Positions 30,809 through 41,779 of a DNA stretch of 64,000 nt are shown here, piece after piece. The notes under the pieces were generated by a model. It was not told the origin of the DNA and made no database searches. It worked only from the letters and a program-made list of their open reading frames with translations. A program made the position numbers and the translations under genes. Origin of the DNA: Saprospiraceae bacterium (GTDB lineage: Bacteria; Bacteroidota; Bacteroidia; Chitinophagales; Saprospiraceae); contig JADKGI010000009.1 of NCBI GenBank assembly GCA_016722285.1, positions 145,403 to 209,402 on the forward strand, read 5' to 3'. Every line of letters begins with the position of its first letter. Positions within the stretch are counted from its first letter, which is position 1.

Positions 30809-31327
30809 TTGAAACAGAGGTTATTTGCTTTTACTTTTATAATCCTTTTTTGTCAACATCTGTACAGCAGGGACAGCATCACTGTGTATCTTTTTTTACT
30901 TGATGAATGCAGGATTTGTCAGGAACAAGCACCGGAAATAAATAATATTTATGAAAAGTACGGTCAAACGGTTGGGTTTTTAGGCTTATTCCCAAATTTC
31001 TCGTCTAAAAAGAAAGGAATAGAGTCATTCAAATCAAAGTACGGAATTAAATTTTCTACTAAAACGGATTATTTTAAAACCCAGGTTAAAAAATTTGAAG
31101 CAACTGTTTTGCCTGAAGTAATCGTTTATAATGAAGATAAGGAGGAAATAATTTACAGAGGAGCTATCAATGATTTGTTTTATCAACCAAGTAAAAGAAG
31201 GCAGGTTATCCGTCAAAACTACCTAAGTGATGCTTTACAGGCAGCAATAATAGGTGAAGAACCTGCCATTAAAGCAACCCAGCCTATCGGATGTTTTATA
31301 AATTTTAATGATTCACTAAATAATTAA
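30809..31327 (+). CDS. thioredoxin-fold (TlpA/redoxin-like) protein with CxxC
   Basis: 172 aa (TTG start in track); signal peptide; 'ITVYLFLLDECRICQEQAPEIN' CRIC active-site-like motif; 'ATVLPEVIVYNEDKEEIIYRGAIND'. A TACATTTG box at 30765-30772 sits upstream. Confidence 0.65.
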   Translation: MKQRLFAFTFIILFCQHLYSRDSITVYLFLLDECRICQEQAPEINNIYEKYGQTVGFLGLFPNFSSKKKGIESFKSKYGIKFSTKTDYFKTQVKKFEATVLPEVIVYNEDKEEIIYRGAINDLFYQPSKRRQVIRQNYLSDALQAAIIGEEPAIKATQPIGCFINFNDSLNN

Positions 31328-31336
31328 TATCCAAAA

Positions 31337-32934
31337 ATGATAAGAATAATAACGGTTGTTTGTCTAATGGTTCAGGCTTTAAATTCAGGATCAGCCCAGC
31401 CTACTTTTTCAAAAGATGTTGCATCCATTATTTTTAATCATTGTACCACCTGTCATCGACAAGGCGAAATTGGCCCAATGGCTCTTACTAATTACGAACA
31501 AGTAAAAAACTGGGCTTCGACAATAAGATACGTCACTTCTAACAAAATCATGCCTCCCTGGAAGGCTGATGAGGCATATTCCCGATTTGTGGATGAAAAC
31601 TATCTTTCATCATCACAGATTAAGACTATTTCAGATTGGGTGAATGCAGGATCGCCATTAGGCAATGCATCTGAGACTCCGAAATTACCCCAATATCCGA
31701 CCAACTCATTACTAGGAACACCGGATCTTATTTTACCATTTAAAAGGTCGTATGTACATAAAGGCAATGGAACAGACGAATACAGATATTTTGTTATACC
31801 GACAGGAATAACAGAAGCTAAAAAAGTAAAAGCAGTCGAGCTACGACCCGGTAATAAAAAAATAGTGCACCATTCCCTGTTTTTTGCGGACCAGTCAGGT
31901 AAGGCAAAAGAGTATGATAATAAAACACTTGAATATGGATTTTCAGTAAATGATAATGCCGATTTCAGAGTTACTGAAGTAATAAATCATGACCAGTTTC
32001 CGGGCTATGTACCAGGACAAAAGCCAAGAAATTTTCCGGATGGATTAGCCCAGATACTTCCTGCTAATAGTGATCTGGTTATTCAGATGCATTATGCACC
32101 ATGGAGCGTGGATGAAGCGGATTCTTCAACGGTGAATATATTTTTTGCCAAAGAAAATGAAATTATTGACAGAACGGTAAAAGACTATATTATGCTGCCG
32201 TTCAATCTGGTGGCGGGGCCTTTAAGCTTCATTATTCCGGCCAATCAGGTCAAGAAATTTGAAGGGGTATATACAGTACCGGCTGACATAAGCCTTGTTG
32301 GTATTTTTCCGCACATGCATTTGCTTGGAAAAAACTGGGAAGTATATATTGAAAATCTGGATGGAACAAAAACAAATCTGATTAAGATCAATGATTGGGA
32401 TTTCAACTGGCAGGGGGCTATTATTTTGATAAGTACAAAATAGCAAAAAAAGGAAGTAAAATTCATGCATTTGCCACATACGACAACACATTGAATAATC
32501 CTAAAAACCCCAATTTCCCTCTTAAAACTGTATCGTGGGGCGAAAAAACAACGGATGAAATGTATTATTTACCTTTGCTTTACGTTCCATATAAAGATGG
32601 TGATGAAAACATCGTTTTTGACAATCATCTCAGCGCAACATTGGATATCAACAAGCCAGCGCCTATCGTTGCGTCACTATATCCAAATCCCGCGTCCAAT
32701 ACAAATGAAATGCCTGTTCACATAACTTTTGAACTGGAAAATGGGATGCCGGTTTCCATAGATTTATTTGATGTAAACGGACAATTGGTCAGGAGACTCA
32801 GGGACAATGAATTTTTCGGACAGGGGCAACATATCGTACATCTTCAGGCAAATCATATTCCAAAAGGATGGTACATAGTCCGGGTAACTGCCGGATCAGG
32901 GAGTGCCTCCGTTCCTATGGTGATTATTGATTAG
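31337..32934 (+). pseudogene. CxxCH-domain / PHM-DBH-like copper monooxygenase homolog with T9SS C-terminal sorting domain, frame interrupted
   Basis: ORFs 31337..32443 and 32395..32934. Adding one G to the G5 run at 32413-32417 gives 'NDWDFNWQGGYYFDKY'. CTTCH at residues 36-40; His/Met pattern HH(178-179), H252, HMH(326-328), M(~409). C-terminal 'LYPNPASN...GWYIVRVTAGSGSASVPMVIID' = T9SS CTD. Confidence 0.65.
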
Positions 32935-33385
32935 TAAATGATCTATATCATCATTTAATAATAAAGAATGGCTAATGTTGTATTTAAATTCAGGTTTGAC
33001 CTAATCCGGACTGACATTATCAGAATTAAAGTTTGACTTTTAGCATGCCTGAAAGTAAAACCCTATTTTGAAATACATAACCATCTGATATCCAGATGCT
33101 GCATGAAAAATTGAGTACAAGTAATGAAGATGGAATTATATTTCAATAACACTCTCATCATAAAATGCCGCCCTATTCTTCATTTAACAATAAATTTTTA
33201 GGCATTTCGTTTATAATTATCATATCTTTGTAGCGCGAAATATAGTTTCGATTTTAATGAAATTGTATTCAAATAATCAAAGATGACAGCAGAAATGCGC
33301 TATTTCGCAGAATAATGTTTTTGAATTGAAAAACATATTGTATATTTGACATTAAGTATAATAAATAACTAAAAAAATAAGAATC

Positions 33386-34399
33386 ATGACAAAACAAAAA
33401 ATAGCTATCAACGGGTTCGGCAGAATCGGACGATTGGTTTACAGACAGATTTTTAATATGAAAGGTATTGATATAGTTGCTATCAATGACCTTACCAGCC
33501 CAAAAGTGCTTGCACATTTGCTAAAATATGATACTGCCCAGGGTAGATTTAATGAAGATGTAAAAGCCGGTGAAGATTGCATTTATGTGAATGGTGAGGA
33601 AATAAAGATTTATGCTCAGAAAGATCCGTCTCAAATTCCATGGAAACAACATGATGTGGACGTAGTATTAGAGTGTACCGGATTTTTTGCAGATAAAGAT
33701 AAAGCTGAAGCACATATTGTTGCAGGGGCGAAAAAAGTTGTCATTTCAGCACCTGCTACCGGTGATCTCAAGACAGTGGTATTCAATGTGAATCATGATA
33801 TTCTTGATGGAAGTGAAACAGTAATCAGCTGCGCAAGTTGTACGACCAATTGTTTAGCTCCTATGGCTCAGGTGCTTGAAACCAAATACGGAATCGTATC
33901 CGGCATCATGACAACCATACATGCATATACTAATGATCAGAATACTCAGGATGCTCCTCATGCTAAAGGTGATCTGAGAAGAGCTCGTGCAGCGGCGCAG
34001 AATATCGTACCTAACAGTACCGGTGCGGCTAAAGCTATTGGGCTTGTACTTCCATCACTCAAAGGAAAATTAGATGGTAGTGCTCAGCGAGTACCTACGT
34101 TGACAGGATCTTTGACAGAATTGGTGACTGTACTCGGCAAAAAAGTGTCTGTAGAAGAAATAAACGCCGCAATGAAGTCAGCATCAAATGAGAGTTTCGG
34201 TTATAATGAAGATGAAATTGTGAGCAGTGATATTATAGGTACATCATACGGTAGCTTGTTTGATGCTACGCAAACAAAAGTCTTAACAAATGGAGATTTG
34301 CAATTAGTGAAAACAGTCAGCTGGTATGATAACGAAGCAAGTTATGTTGCTCAGTTAGTGAGAACCTTACAACATTTCGCCGGATTAATAAAGAAGTAA
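33386..34399 (+). CDS. gap: type I glyceraldehyde-3-phosphate dehydrogenase
   Basis: 337 aa; 'INGFGRIGR', active site '[12 protein letters not shown]', 'WYDNEASY'. Confidence 0.95.
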   Translation: MTKQKIAINGFGRIGRLVYRQIFNMKGIDIVAINDLTSPKVLAHLLKYDTAQGRFNEDVKAGEDCIYVNGEEIKIYAQKDPSQIPWKQHDVDVVLECTGFFADKDKAEAHIVAGAKKVVISAPATGDLKTVVFNVNHDILDGSETVISCASCTTNCLAPMAQVLETKYGIVSGIMTTIHAYTNDQNTQDAPHAKGDLRRARAAAQNIVPNSTGAAKAIGLVLPSLKGKLDGSAQRVPTLTGSLTELVTVLGKKVSVEEINAAMKSASNESFGYNEDEIVSSDIIGTSYGSLFDATQTKVLTNGDLQLVKTVSWYDNEASYVAQLVRTLQHFAGLIKK

Positions 34400-34407
34400 A
34401 ATAATAA

Positions 34408-34434
34408 AGGGTAATCGCACAGGTTGCCCTTTTT
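34408..34434 (+). terminator. rho-independent terminator after gap
   Basis: Stem agggtaa/ttgccct (one G-U pair), 9-nt loop, T5 run. Confidence 0.65.
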
Positions 34435-34487
34435 CATTTAAAAATTAATTTTACTTTAAGATGAACAAACTGAAATAATTTATTACC

Positions 34488-35684
34488 ATGATCAATTTTA
34501 AAGAAACTAATTTCAAAGATCAGCGGGTAGTTATGCGTGTAGATTTCAATGTGCCTCTCAATGCAGAATTGCAGGTTACTGACGACACAAGGATTGCCGG
34601 AGCAGCAGCAACTATCAGTAAAATACTAAATGACGGTGGAAGTGTAGTATTAATGAGCCATTTGGGACGTCCGAAAGGAGGCTCTGAAAATAAATTCTCA
34701 CTCAAGCATATAATTACGACACTCCAGAAGTATTTCCCGGGTGTTAATATCCATTTTGCAGATGATTGTATTTCTGATGAAGCATTCAGCATGTCCAAAG
34801 AATTGAAAAATGGTGAAATCCTGCTTTTGGAAAATCTCAGATTTTATCCTGAAGAAGAAAAAGGAAATCAGGAATTTGCTCAGAAGTTGAGTAAACATGG
34901 TTCAATTTATATCAATGATGCTTTTGGTACGGCTCATCGGGAGCATGCATCTACTGCCACCATTGCTCGTTTTTTTGATAGCAACCATAAAGGATTTGGT
35001 TATCTGATGGCAGCAGAAGTAGAAAATGCATCGAAGGTGCTCTATGACTCAGTTAGTCCGGTGACAGCCATTGTGGGTGGTGCTAAAGTTTCTGATAAAA
35101 TCCTATTGTTAGAAAGGCTGATCGATAGTATGGACAATATTCTCATTGGTGGTGGAATGGCATATACCTTCATCGCTGCCAAAGGTGGCAAAATAGGAAA
35201 GTCCTTATTTGAACCTGATTATACTGAACTTGCATTGAAAATTCTGAAAAAAGCGACTGAAAAAAATACCAACATTTACCTACCTGAAGATAGCGTAGTT
35301 GCTGACCAATTTAGCGCTGATGCGCAATATAAAGCTGTCAGCAGCAATCAAATACCTGATGACTGGATGGGACTTGATATTGGCCCGGTAGCAACTGATA
35401 TATACTCTAATGTAATAAAGTCATCAAAAACGATCCTATGGAATGGTCCTATGGGAGTATTTGAATTTAAGAATTTTTCTAATGGTACATTTTCTATAGC
35501 CCGGGCTGTAGCCGAGGCAACTGACGAAGGAGCTTTTTCACTTATAGGTGGTGGCGATAGTGTCTCTGCCATCAATAAATCAGGTCTTCAAGATCGGGTG
35601 AGTTATGTTTCGACGGGTGGTGGTGCCATGCTGGAGTTTTTGGAAGGTAAAGAACTTCCGGGCATCAAGGCGATCAAAGAATAA
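34488..35684 (+). CDS. pgk: phosphoglycerate kinase
   Basis: 398 aa; 'RVDFNVPL', 'SHLGRPKG', 'GGAKVSDKI', 'STGGGAMLEFLEGKELPG'. Confidence 0.95.
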   Translation: MINFKETNFKDQRVVMRVDFNVPLNAELQVTDDTRIAGAAATISKILNDGGSVVLMSHLGRPKGGSENKFSLKHIITTLQKYFPGVNIHFADDCISDEAFSMSKELKNGEILLLENLRFYPEEEKGNQEFAQKLSKHGSIYINDAFGTAHREHASTATIARFFDSNHKGFGYLMAAEVENASKVLYDSVSPVTAIVGGAKVSDKILLLERLIDSMDNILIGGGMAYTFIAAKGGKIGKSLFEPDYTELALKILKKATEKNTNIYLPEDSVVADQFSADAQYKAVSSNQIPDDWMGLDIGPVATDIYSNVIKSSKTILWNGPMGVFEFKNFSNGTFSIARAVAEATDEGAFSLIGGGDSVSAINKSGLQDRVSYVSTGGGAMLEFLEGKELPGIKAIKE

Positions 35685-35709
35685 ATCTTACTATAACTTA
35701 ATATAAAAG

Positions 35710-35746
35710 AGATACTATGGGGCATGACTTCAAGTATCTTTTTTTT
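35710..35746 (+). terminator. rho-independent terminator after pgk
   Basis: Stem agatact/agtatct (35710-35716 / 35733-35739) followed by T8. Confidence 0.6.
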
Positions 35747-35751
35747 GTCCA

Positions 35752-36399
35752 TTATTCAAGCAAACTATTTTCCATGGCTATTCTGACTAAGCCAACACTG
35801 TTTCTGGCATTGAGCTTGGATAGTAATGAGCTTCGGTGTGATTCAACTGTTTTCAGACTTATAAACAAACTATCGGCAATTTCTTGAGTCGTAAATTCCT
35901 GGGCAATCAATTTTAATACTTCTTTTTCTCTTCTTGACAATTTTGGATAAAATGCATTACTTTTTGAAGAAGCTTTTCTTTGATTCATCAGGCCTTTCAT
36001 GATTGTTTCCGTTACTTCACTTGAAAAATAAGAATCCCCTTTTGCAACAGTCCTGATCGCTTTTAATAGTTCTTCCCGACCCGTATTTTTCAGAATATAT
36101 CCCTTAGCTCCGTTATTTAATATCTCTGATACAAAGCTTTCTTCATTAAACATCGAGATAGCCAGTACTTTGACATTGGGGTAGTGGTTTGTTATTTCTT
36201 TACAAACCTCGATGCCATTCATACCAGGGAGATTGACGTCCAGCAATACAATATCTACAGTATTTCCTGATAAAAACTCAATCACAGATGGACCATCATA
36301 ACTCCTGCCTGCTACCATGAAGTCATGTTCACCTTTAAGAATTGATTCCATACCGTCCACAAACATCGTATGGTCATCTGCTATTAAAATATTGGTCAT
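35752..36399 (-). CDS. response regulator transcription factor, NarL/FixJ (LuxR HTH) family
   Basis: 215 aa; receiver 'ILIADDH...DIVLLDVNLPGMNG...VLAISMF', HTH 'LSRREKEVLKLIAQEFTTQEIADSLFISLKTVESHRSSLLSKL'. Confidence 0.9.
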   Translation of the reverse strand: MTNILIADDHTMFVDGMESILKGEHDFMVAGRSYDGPSVIEFLSGNTVDIVLLDVNLPGMNGIEVCKEITNHYPNVKVLAISMFNEESFVSEILNNGAKGYILKNTGREELLKAIRTVAKGDSYFSSEVTETIMKGLMNQRKASSKSNAFYPKLSRREKEVLKLIAQEFTTQEIADSLFISLKTVESHRSSLLSKLNARNSVGLVRIAMENSLLE

Positions 36400-37056
36400 A
36401 AATGATTATTAGTAATTATTTGATAATTATTTTCAATTACAAAGTTACTGTGTTTTTACCTACTAAACTTGGGGTTTACCCTTAAAAATAAAATTCGGTG
36501 TTTCCATTGATGTGTAGGATTTTAAATGGTCGCATCTTTGTACTGTCAGAAGTTGATAAAATTAATACTTTAAAATATATGATGAAGAGAGGGATTTTGG
36601 ATATCAGGACGCTTATCACAATTTTATTGGTTATACTGACTTTAGCGGGCCAAAAATGGTCAGTATTATATAACAAGAAACCTGGTGCCCAAAATCTCAA
36701 CCTCATCGATTCACCAAATAGTATGGTGATCAATATTAAGTAAGTTTTGGGTTGAGTGTGAAGAATCTGGTTTTAGTGCAGATATTCACACTCATTTAAA
36801 AATAAAGCAATCTGTTAAAGTACAGGAAGCCTGGTAAATTTTCTCTTTTTAGGTTTTACGGAATGAGCAATATGAGAGTCGGGATGGGTTTTTGGTTAAG
36901 AAAAAAATAATAAATTAATGTTTTCCTTATCTATAATAACCCCAAAATACCTACCTGACTCGAATATTGGTCAAAGAATAAGAATTGTCGCGGATTGCAT
37001 CCGCTTAACATAAAGATGTAAATACTCATTGGGATTTGACTGTTGCATTAAAAGTA

Positions 37057-37090
37057 AAAGCTCTCAAAAAGTTGAGGGCTTTTCTTTTTT
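37057..37090 (+). terminator. orphan rho-independent terminator in a gene-free interval
   Basis: 11-bp stem aaagctctcaa/ttgagggcttt, loop aaag, then tttcttttttt. No ORF of 60 aa or more ends upstream of it on the plus strand. Confidence 0.6.
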
Positions 37091-37256
37091 CAGGAAGAAT
37101 CGTTATTATTCCTACCTTTGATTTTCTCTTCGTGAGAGAATCGTATTAATTTTGAGCTTTTATCTAAAAAAGACTTTTTTACTGTTTATTTTATATTGAC
37201 TATAAATATGAGGTCTTCGTAAGATTTTATTTAAGATAATTTAACGAGAAAACTTT

Positions 37257-39030
37257 TTGAGAATATATTTTTTCATATTTTTTCTTCTTGCATCTACTAG
37301 CAAGATACTTAGTCAGTTCAGCAAAGATAGCAGTTACTCTTATCCAGAGTTGCAAAAAATACTTGAGCTGGCCAGAACGAATAATGACCAAAAGATACTC
37401 GCCGATGTATATATAAAGCTTGCCGATTACGAAGGTGATGTCTTTTCAGAGTATGAGAGATCATTTGAATATTATCAGAGAGCGCTGGAGTATTTTAAAA
37501 TAAACCGCGATAGTGCCGGTATTTATGAAACCAATCATGCTATTGCTAAACGATATATAGATGCTGGTTTTAATAATGAAGCTGTAAATATATTGCAAAA
37601 TCTGGTTTCAGTTTACAGCACGAAAAATGAAATGTTGAAGCTGGCATATGTATATTTTGATCTTAATAGAGTATATAAAGCCAGGAGTGACATTGAAAAA
37701 TCAAATGAATATCTACTCAAAGCTGCAGAATTAAACCGGATATTTCAAAATAAGGAACTTGAAGTAAAAATTCTGTTTGGCAAGATTCAGAACTATGAGA
37801 TAGAAATGGAACTGGACAGTGCATTGGCAGATGCATTTGAAGCTTTTTCTATAAGTACAGAGGATGGAAATAGAGATTTGATCGCTCAAAGTCTTTTTCA
37901 CATTGGATTTATAAATAAACTTCAGGCAAATTATATCAGAGCCATTAAATATCTTTCTGATAGTGAGTCCATTATGCCTTTTCAACCTTATAGTGTGCCG
38001 CGTAAGACCTTGTATTTGGAAATGGCAGAGATTTATTCTCTTTCTGGACAAGACAAAGCCGGATATAATTATCTGAAAAGATACTCACAACTCAATGACT
38101 CAATACTTAATAAGAACCGGTTGGAGTCATTTACAAATCTGGCTTTAAAATATGGTACAAAAGATATAAAATCCAATATTGAACTTCTGAAAATTGAAAA
38201 AGAATACGCAGATCAAAGAAATAAAGCCCAACGACGTACATTGTATATTCTGGCCATAGGTTTGTTTGTGGTTATATTATCTATTTATTTTATAATAAAA
38301 TTTTACGATCAGCGCATCAGCACCACCCAGATCATCACTGAGCAGAAAGAAGAGATAAATAAGCAAAAAATCAGAGTTCTTGAGGATAATATGAAAATGA
38401 ACAGCATGAGATCAGTCATCGAGGGTCAGGAAATAGAACGTGAGCGAATAGCAAAAGATTTGCACGATAGTCTTGGTGGCTTGCTCAGTACTATAAAGTT
38501 GCAGTTTGATCATGTCAGGTCAAAAAAACAGGAGCTCACAGAAAATGAAAGAATATAATCAGGCTCATAAGTTGCTCGATACCGCAGTTGAAGAGGTACG
38601 TACTATATCCAGAAACCTGCAACCTGGATCGCTTCATGATTTGGGACTAATATCAGCTATCAGGGATTTGATTAACAGATTTGAGGGAGAAAATTACCCT
38701 GACATTGATTTTCAGCATTACGAGATGCCTGTAAAAATGGATAAAATGATATCTCTTTCTGTCTATAGGATTATACAGGAGTTAGTAACAAACAGCTTAA
38801 AACATGCTCACGCTACGGAAGTGCTGATTCAGCTCAATATGGAAGATGATGAGTTGGTCATTCAGTATGAAGATGATGGAATTGGATTTGACCAAAGTAA
38901 TCTTAAGAGAAAAGGCATGGGCTTGGAAAATATAAAATCCCGGGTTAATTATATGCATGGGAACCTGACTATGGAAAGTAAAAATGGGGAAGGTATGTCT
39001 GTCCTCATCAGGATAAAATATCTTTTATAG
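37257..39030 (+). pseudogene. sensor histidine kinase (N-terminal TPR region, one TM, HisKA_3 + HATPase_c), frame interrupted
   Basis: ORFs 37257..38558 and 38506..39030 overlap around the A7 run at 38522-38528. H-box 'ERERIAKDLHDSLGGLLSTIKLQ'; ATPase 'LVTNSLKHAHATEV...YEDDGIGFD...GMGLENIKSRV'. Confidence 0.75.
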
Positions 39031-39032
39031 TC

Positions 39033-39962
39033 ATGGATGGAATCAATACTTCATTTCTCATTCCTAGCCCAATGGAACAGATAGAAAATGAACTTTTAGG
39101 TAATAAAAATATCACTCTATTTGTAAAAAGGGATGATTTGATACATCCCTGGCTATCCGGAAATAAATATCGAAAGCTCAAGTACAACATAGCTCAGGCT
39201 AAAGACCATAATAAAAAAATGGTCATTACTTTTGGAGGTGCATTTTCAAACCATTTGTATGCCACAGCAGCAGCTTGTAGCTTGTATGGTCTTCAAAGCA
39301 TCGGCATCATACGTGGTGACATTGACTCGGATAATCCCACCATTAAGTTTTGTATGGCCAGAGGTATGAAATTGATACCTGTATCCAGATCATCATTTAG
39401 ATTAAAACATGAATCCAAAGAAATACAGGATATCGTAAGTACCTATTATGATCCTTACGTTATACCTGAAGGAGGGACTAATTCATTTGCATTAAAAGGA
39501 GTTGAAGAACTTATTCATGAGATAAATCAGCAAATTCTGCTAAGTCCTGATTATATTATATTGGCAAGTGGGACAGGTGGTACAACGGCAGGGTTGCTCA
39601 CGAGTGATGAGTTGAGATCTAAAGTCATTTCATTTTCAGCACTTAAGTCTGATCACCTTACAGAAGAAATATTACGCCTTGCTGGTAATAAAAATAACCA
39701 GCTATTAACTGTCATTTCAGATTATCATTTTGGAGGATATGGCAAATGGAATAACGAATTACTTAATTTTATTACGGAATTTGAAGATTCAACTGGCGTA
39801 CTTTTAGATCATGTGTATAATGGGAAAGCTATGTATGGGTTATATGATATGATCAGGAATGATTTTTTTGCAAAGGGATCAACACTATGCTACCTACATA
39901 CAGGCGGCTTACAAGGCAAGAGTGGATTGGCATATATGAAAATGAAAAAGAGGGTAAAATAA
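39033..39962 (+). CDS. PLP-dependent 1-aminocyclopropane-1-carboxylate deaminase/D-cysteine desulfhydrase family protein
   Basis: 309 aa; 'FVKRDDLIHPWLSGNKYRKLKYN' (PLP-Lys motif GNKxRKL), 'FGGAFSNHLYATAAAC', 'ASGTGGTTAGL'. Confidence 0.75.
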   Translation: MDGINTSFLIPSPMEQIENELLGNKNITLFVKRDDLIHPWLSGNKYRKLKYNIAQAKDHNKKMVITFGGAFSNHLYATAAACSLYGLQSIGIIRGDIDSDNPTIKFCMARGMKLIPVSRSSFRLKHESKEIQDIVSTYYDPYVIPEGGTNSFALKGVEELIHEINQQILLSPDYIILASGTGGTTAGLLTSDELRSKVISFSALKSDHLTEEILRLAGNKNNQLLTVISDYHFGGYGKWNNELLNFITEFEDSTGVLLDHVYNGKAMYGLYDMIRNDFFAKGSTLCYLHTGGLQGKSGLAYMKMKKRVK

Positions 39963-40009
39963 AAAACCCTTGTAAATCATTGATATACAAGGGATTAGTA
40001 TTTATTTTG

Positions 40010-40083
40010 TGACCTCAGGAGGATTCGAACCCCCAACCCTCAGAGCCGAAATCTGATATTCTATCCAGTTGAACTATGAGGCC
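40010..40083 (-). tRNA. tRNA-Arg (anticodon TCG)
   Basis: Reverse complement: acceptor GGCCTCA/TGAGGTC, anticodon stem TCAGA/TCTGA with loop TTTCGGC, T-arm GGGGG-TTCGAAT-CCTCC; CCA not encoded. Confidence 0.9.
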
Positions 40084-40351
40084 ATTTTAAAATTGAGTAC
40101 AAATGTAAGTTTCTTAAAGTGAAGTCAAATAGTTTTTTCTTATAAATCTTCGACCGCTGCTGGATTTGAGCTTTATTTCTTTTTGCCTCGCTGCTTCTCT
40201 TGTACCAAATTCTTCATATGAATTAAGAGTGCATTGTATTCCTTAAGCATAGTAAATCTCAGGGCAGAAATAGAGCGATTGTATTTAATTAAAAAATCTC
40301 AATCCAACAAATAAGCCGGATTGAGTTTTTAGACTATTACATATAGATTTT

Positions 40352-41451
40352 TTATTGATTAATCTTAATCAACTCTACTTCAAAAATTAAGTCGCTTTTA
40401 GGAGGGATGGCCCCTGCATAGCCTCTCTCACCATAGGCTAACTGATATGGAATATAAAACTTATATTTGGCTCCTTCTTTCATTAATTGCAAACCTTCTG
40501 TCCAACCGGGGATCACTTGATTAAGTCCAAAATCTATTGGCTGGCCTCTTTTTACACTACTGTCAAATTCTAATCCATCCAGAAAAGTACCGGTATAATG
40601 CACTTTGACATTGCTGGTAGCAGTAGGTACCTGCCCGGTTCCTTCTACTAAAACAATATATCTCAATCCGCTTGGAGTAACATTTTTATATTCAGATTTT
40701 ATTTTTTCTGCTGCAGCTGTCATTTTGGCCTCGGCATCTTTTTGCTTGTCTGCCATCTTCTGTTTTTCAGCTTCGAATACTTTTCCGCCATCAAAAGCAT
40801 TGGCTTCATGTCCTTTTCTTAATATTGTCAAACTGATTATACTATCGTTCTGGGCGATACTGTTTACTACATCCTGACCCTGAACTACATGACCAAAAAC
40901 TGTATGCTTGCCGTCAAGCCAAGGGTAGCAACATGTGTAATAAAAAATTGTGAACCATTTGAAGCTGGACCGGAATTAGCCATGCTAAGGATTCCGGGGC
41001 CGGTATGTTTGAGAGAATCATTAAATTCATCGGCAAACTTGTACCCGGGGTCACCTGTTCCAGTTCCCAATGGGCAACCTCCCTGAACCATAAAATCTTT
41101 GATTACTCTATGAAATTTCAAACCATTATAAAATGGAATACCTTCTGCTTTAGCTGTGTTTTTTATTTTGCCTTCGGCAAGGCCAACAAAATTAGCAACC
41201 GTCATTGGTGTTTTTTTAAATTCTAAAAGGGCATAAATGTTACCCTTGTTTGTCTCAAATTTTGCATAAATGCCATCTGCTTGGCTATTGATAAAGTCCT
41301 GATTCATATTTTCTGGTGTTGATTTTTTTAGAGTATTTATTTTTAGGGCAGTTTGCTTTGATTGCTTATTTGTGGATGCCTGCTTTTTTTGCTGTGCAAA
41401 CATAACTGAGCAAAATAATGCTAATCCGATTGTGAAAAAAATTTTATTCAT
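40352..41451 (-). pseudogene. secreted dual-family peptidyl-prolyl isomerase (cyclophilin domain fused to FKBP domain), frame interrupted
   Basis: ORFs 40885..41451 (cyclophilin: '[25 protein letters not shown]','[21 protein letters not shown]') and 40352..40831 (FKBP: 'VKVHYTGTFLDGLEFDSS...GLNQVIPGWTEGLQLMKEGAKYKFYIP'). One extra C in the C3 run (plus-strand G3 40923-40925) gives '...[27 protein letters not shown]...LTILRKG...' as one frame. Confidence 0.75.
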
Positions 41452-41714
41452 TTTTAATTTCCATTTTTTAAGCTACAAAAGTATTAAATTATTTTATAAT
41501 AAAATGGTTTAGATAGTAATTTTAAGCTTCCTTTAACTACATAACTTTCCAATATATACTGTATAGTTATTATCTGTCTTTTTGTTTTCAATATAGTTGT
41601 GTCAATACTTGATTTAAAAATTATATTTTGTAAAATGATTCTAAAAGCTCATTATACAAAATATTATATCAAATATTTTACTATACATATTTAATATTAC
41701 TTAAACTTAACGAT

Positions 41715-41751
41715 GGCTTAACATTGGCTTAACATTGGGACTTTACCTTTG
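41715..41751 (+). promoter_or_regulatory. tandem 11-bp direct repeat (GGCTTAACATT x2) abutting a TAnnTTTG promoter box
   Basis: Repeat units 41715-41725 and 41726-41736; TACCTTTG at 41744-41751; start codon at 41780. Confidence 0.5.
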
Positions 41752-41779
41752 CAACATCTAATTAAAACAAAATATAAAA

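Noticed and set aside
36482-36743. Mutually antisense ORFs 36482..36733 (-) and 36498..36743 (+) in the regulator/kinase intergenic region
   Set aside because: Both are AT-rich and low-complexity with no motif. At most one could be real and neither has support. The region is treated as non-coding or eroded.
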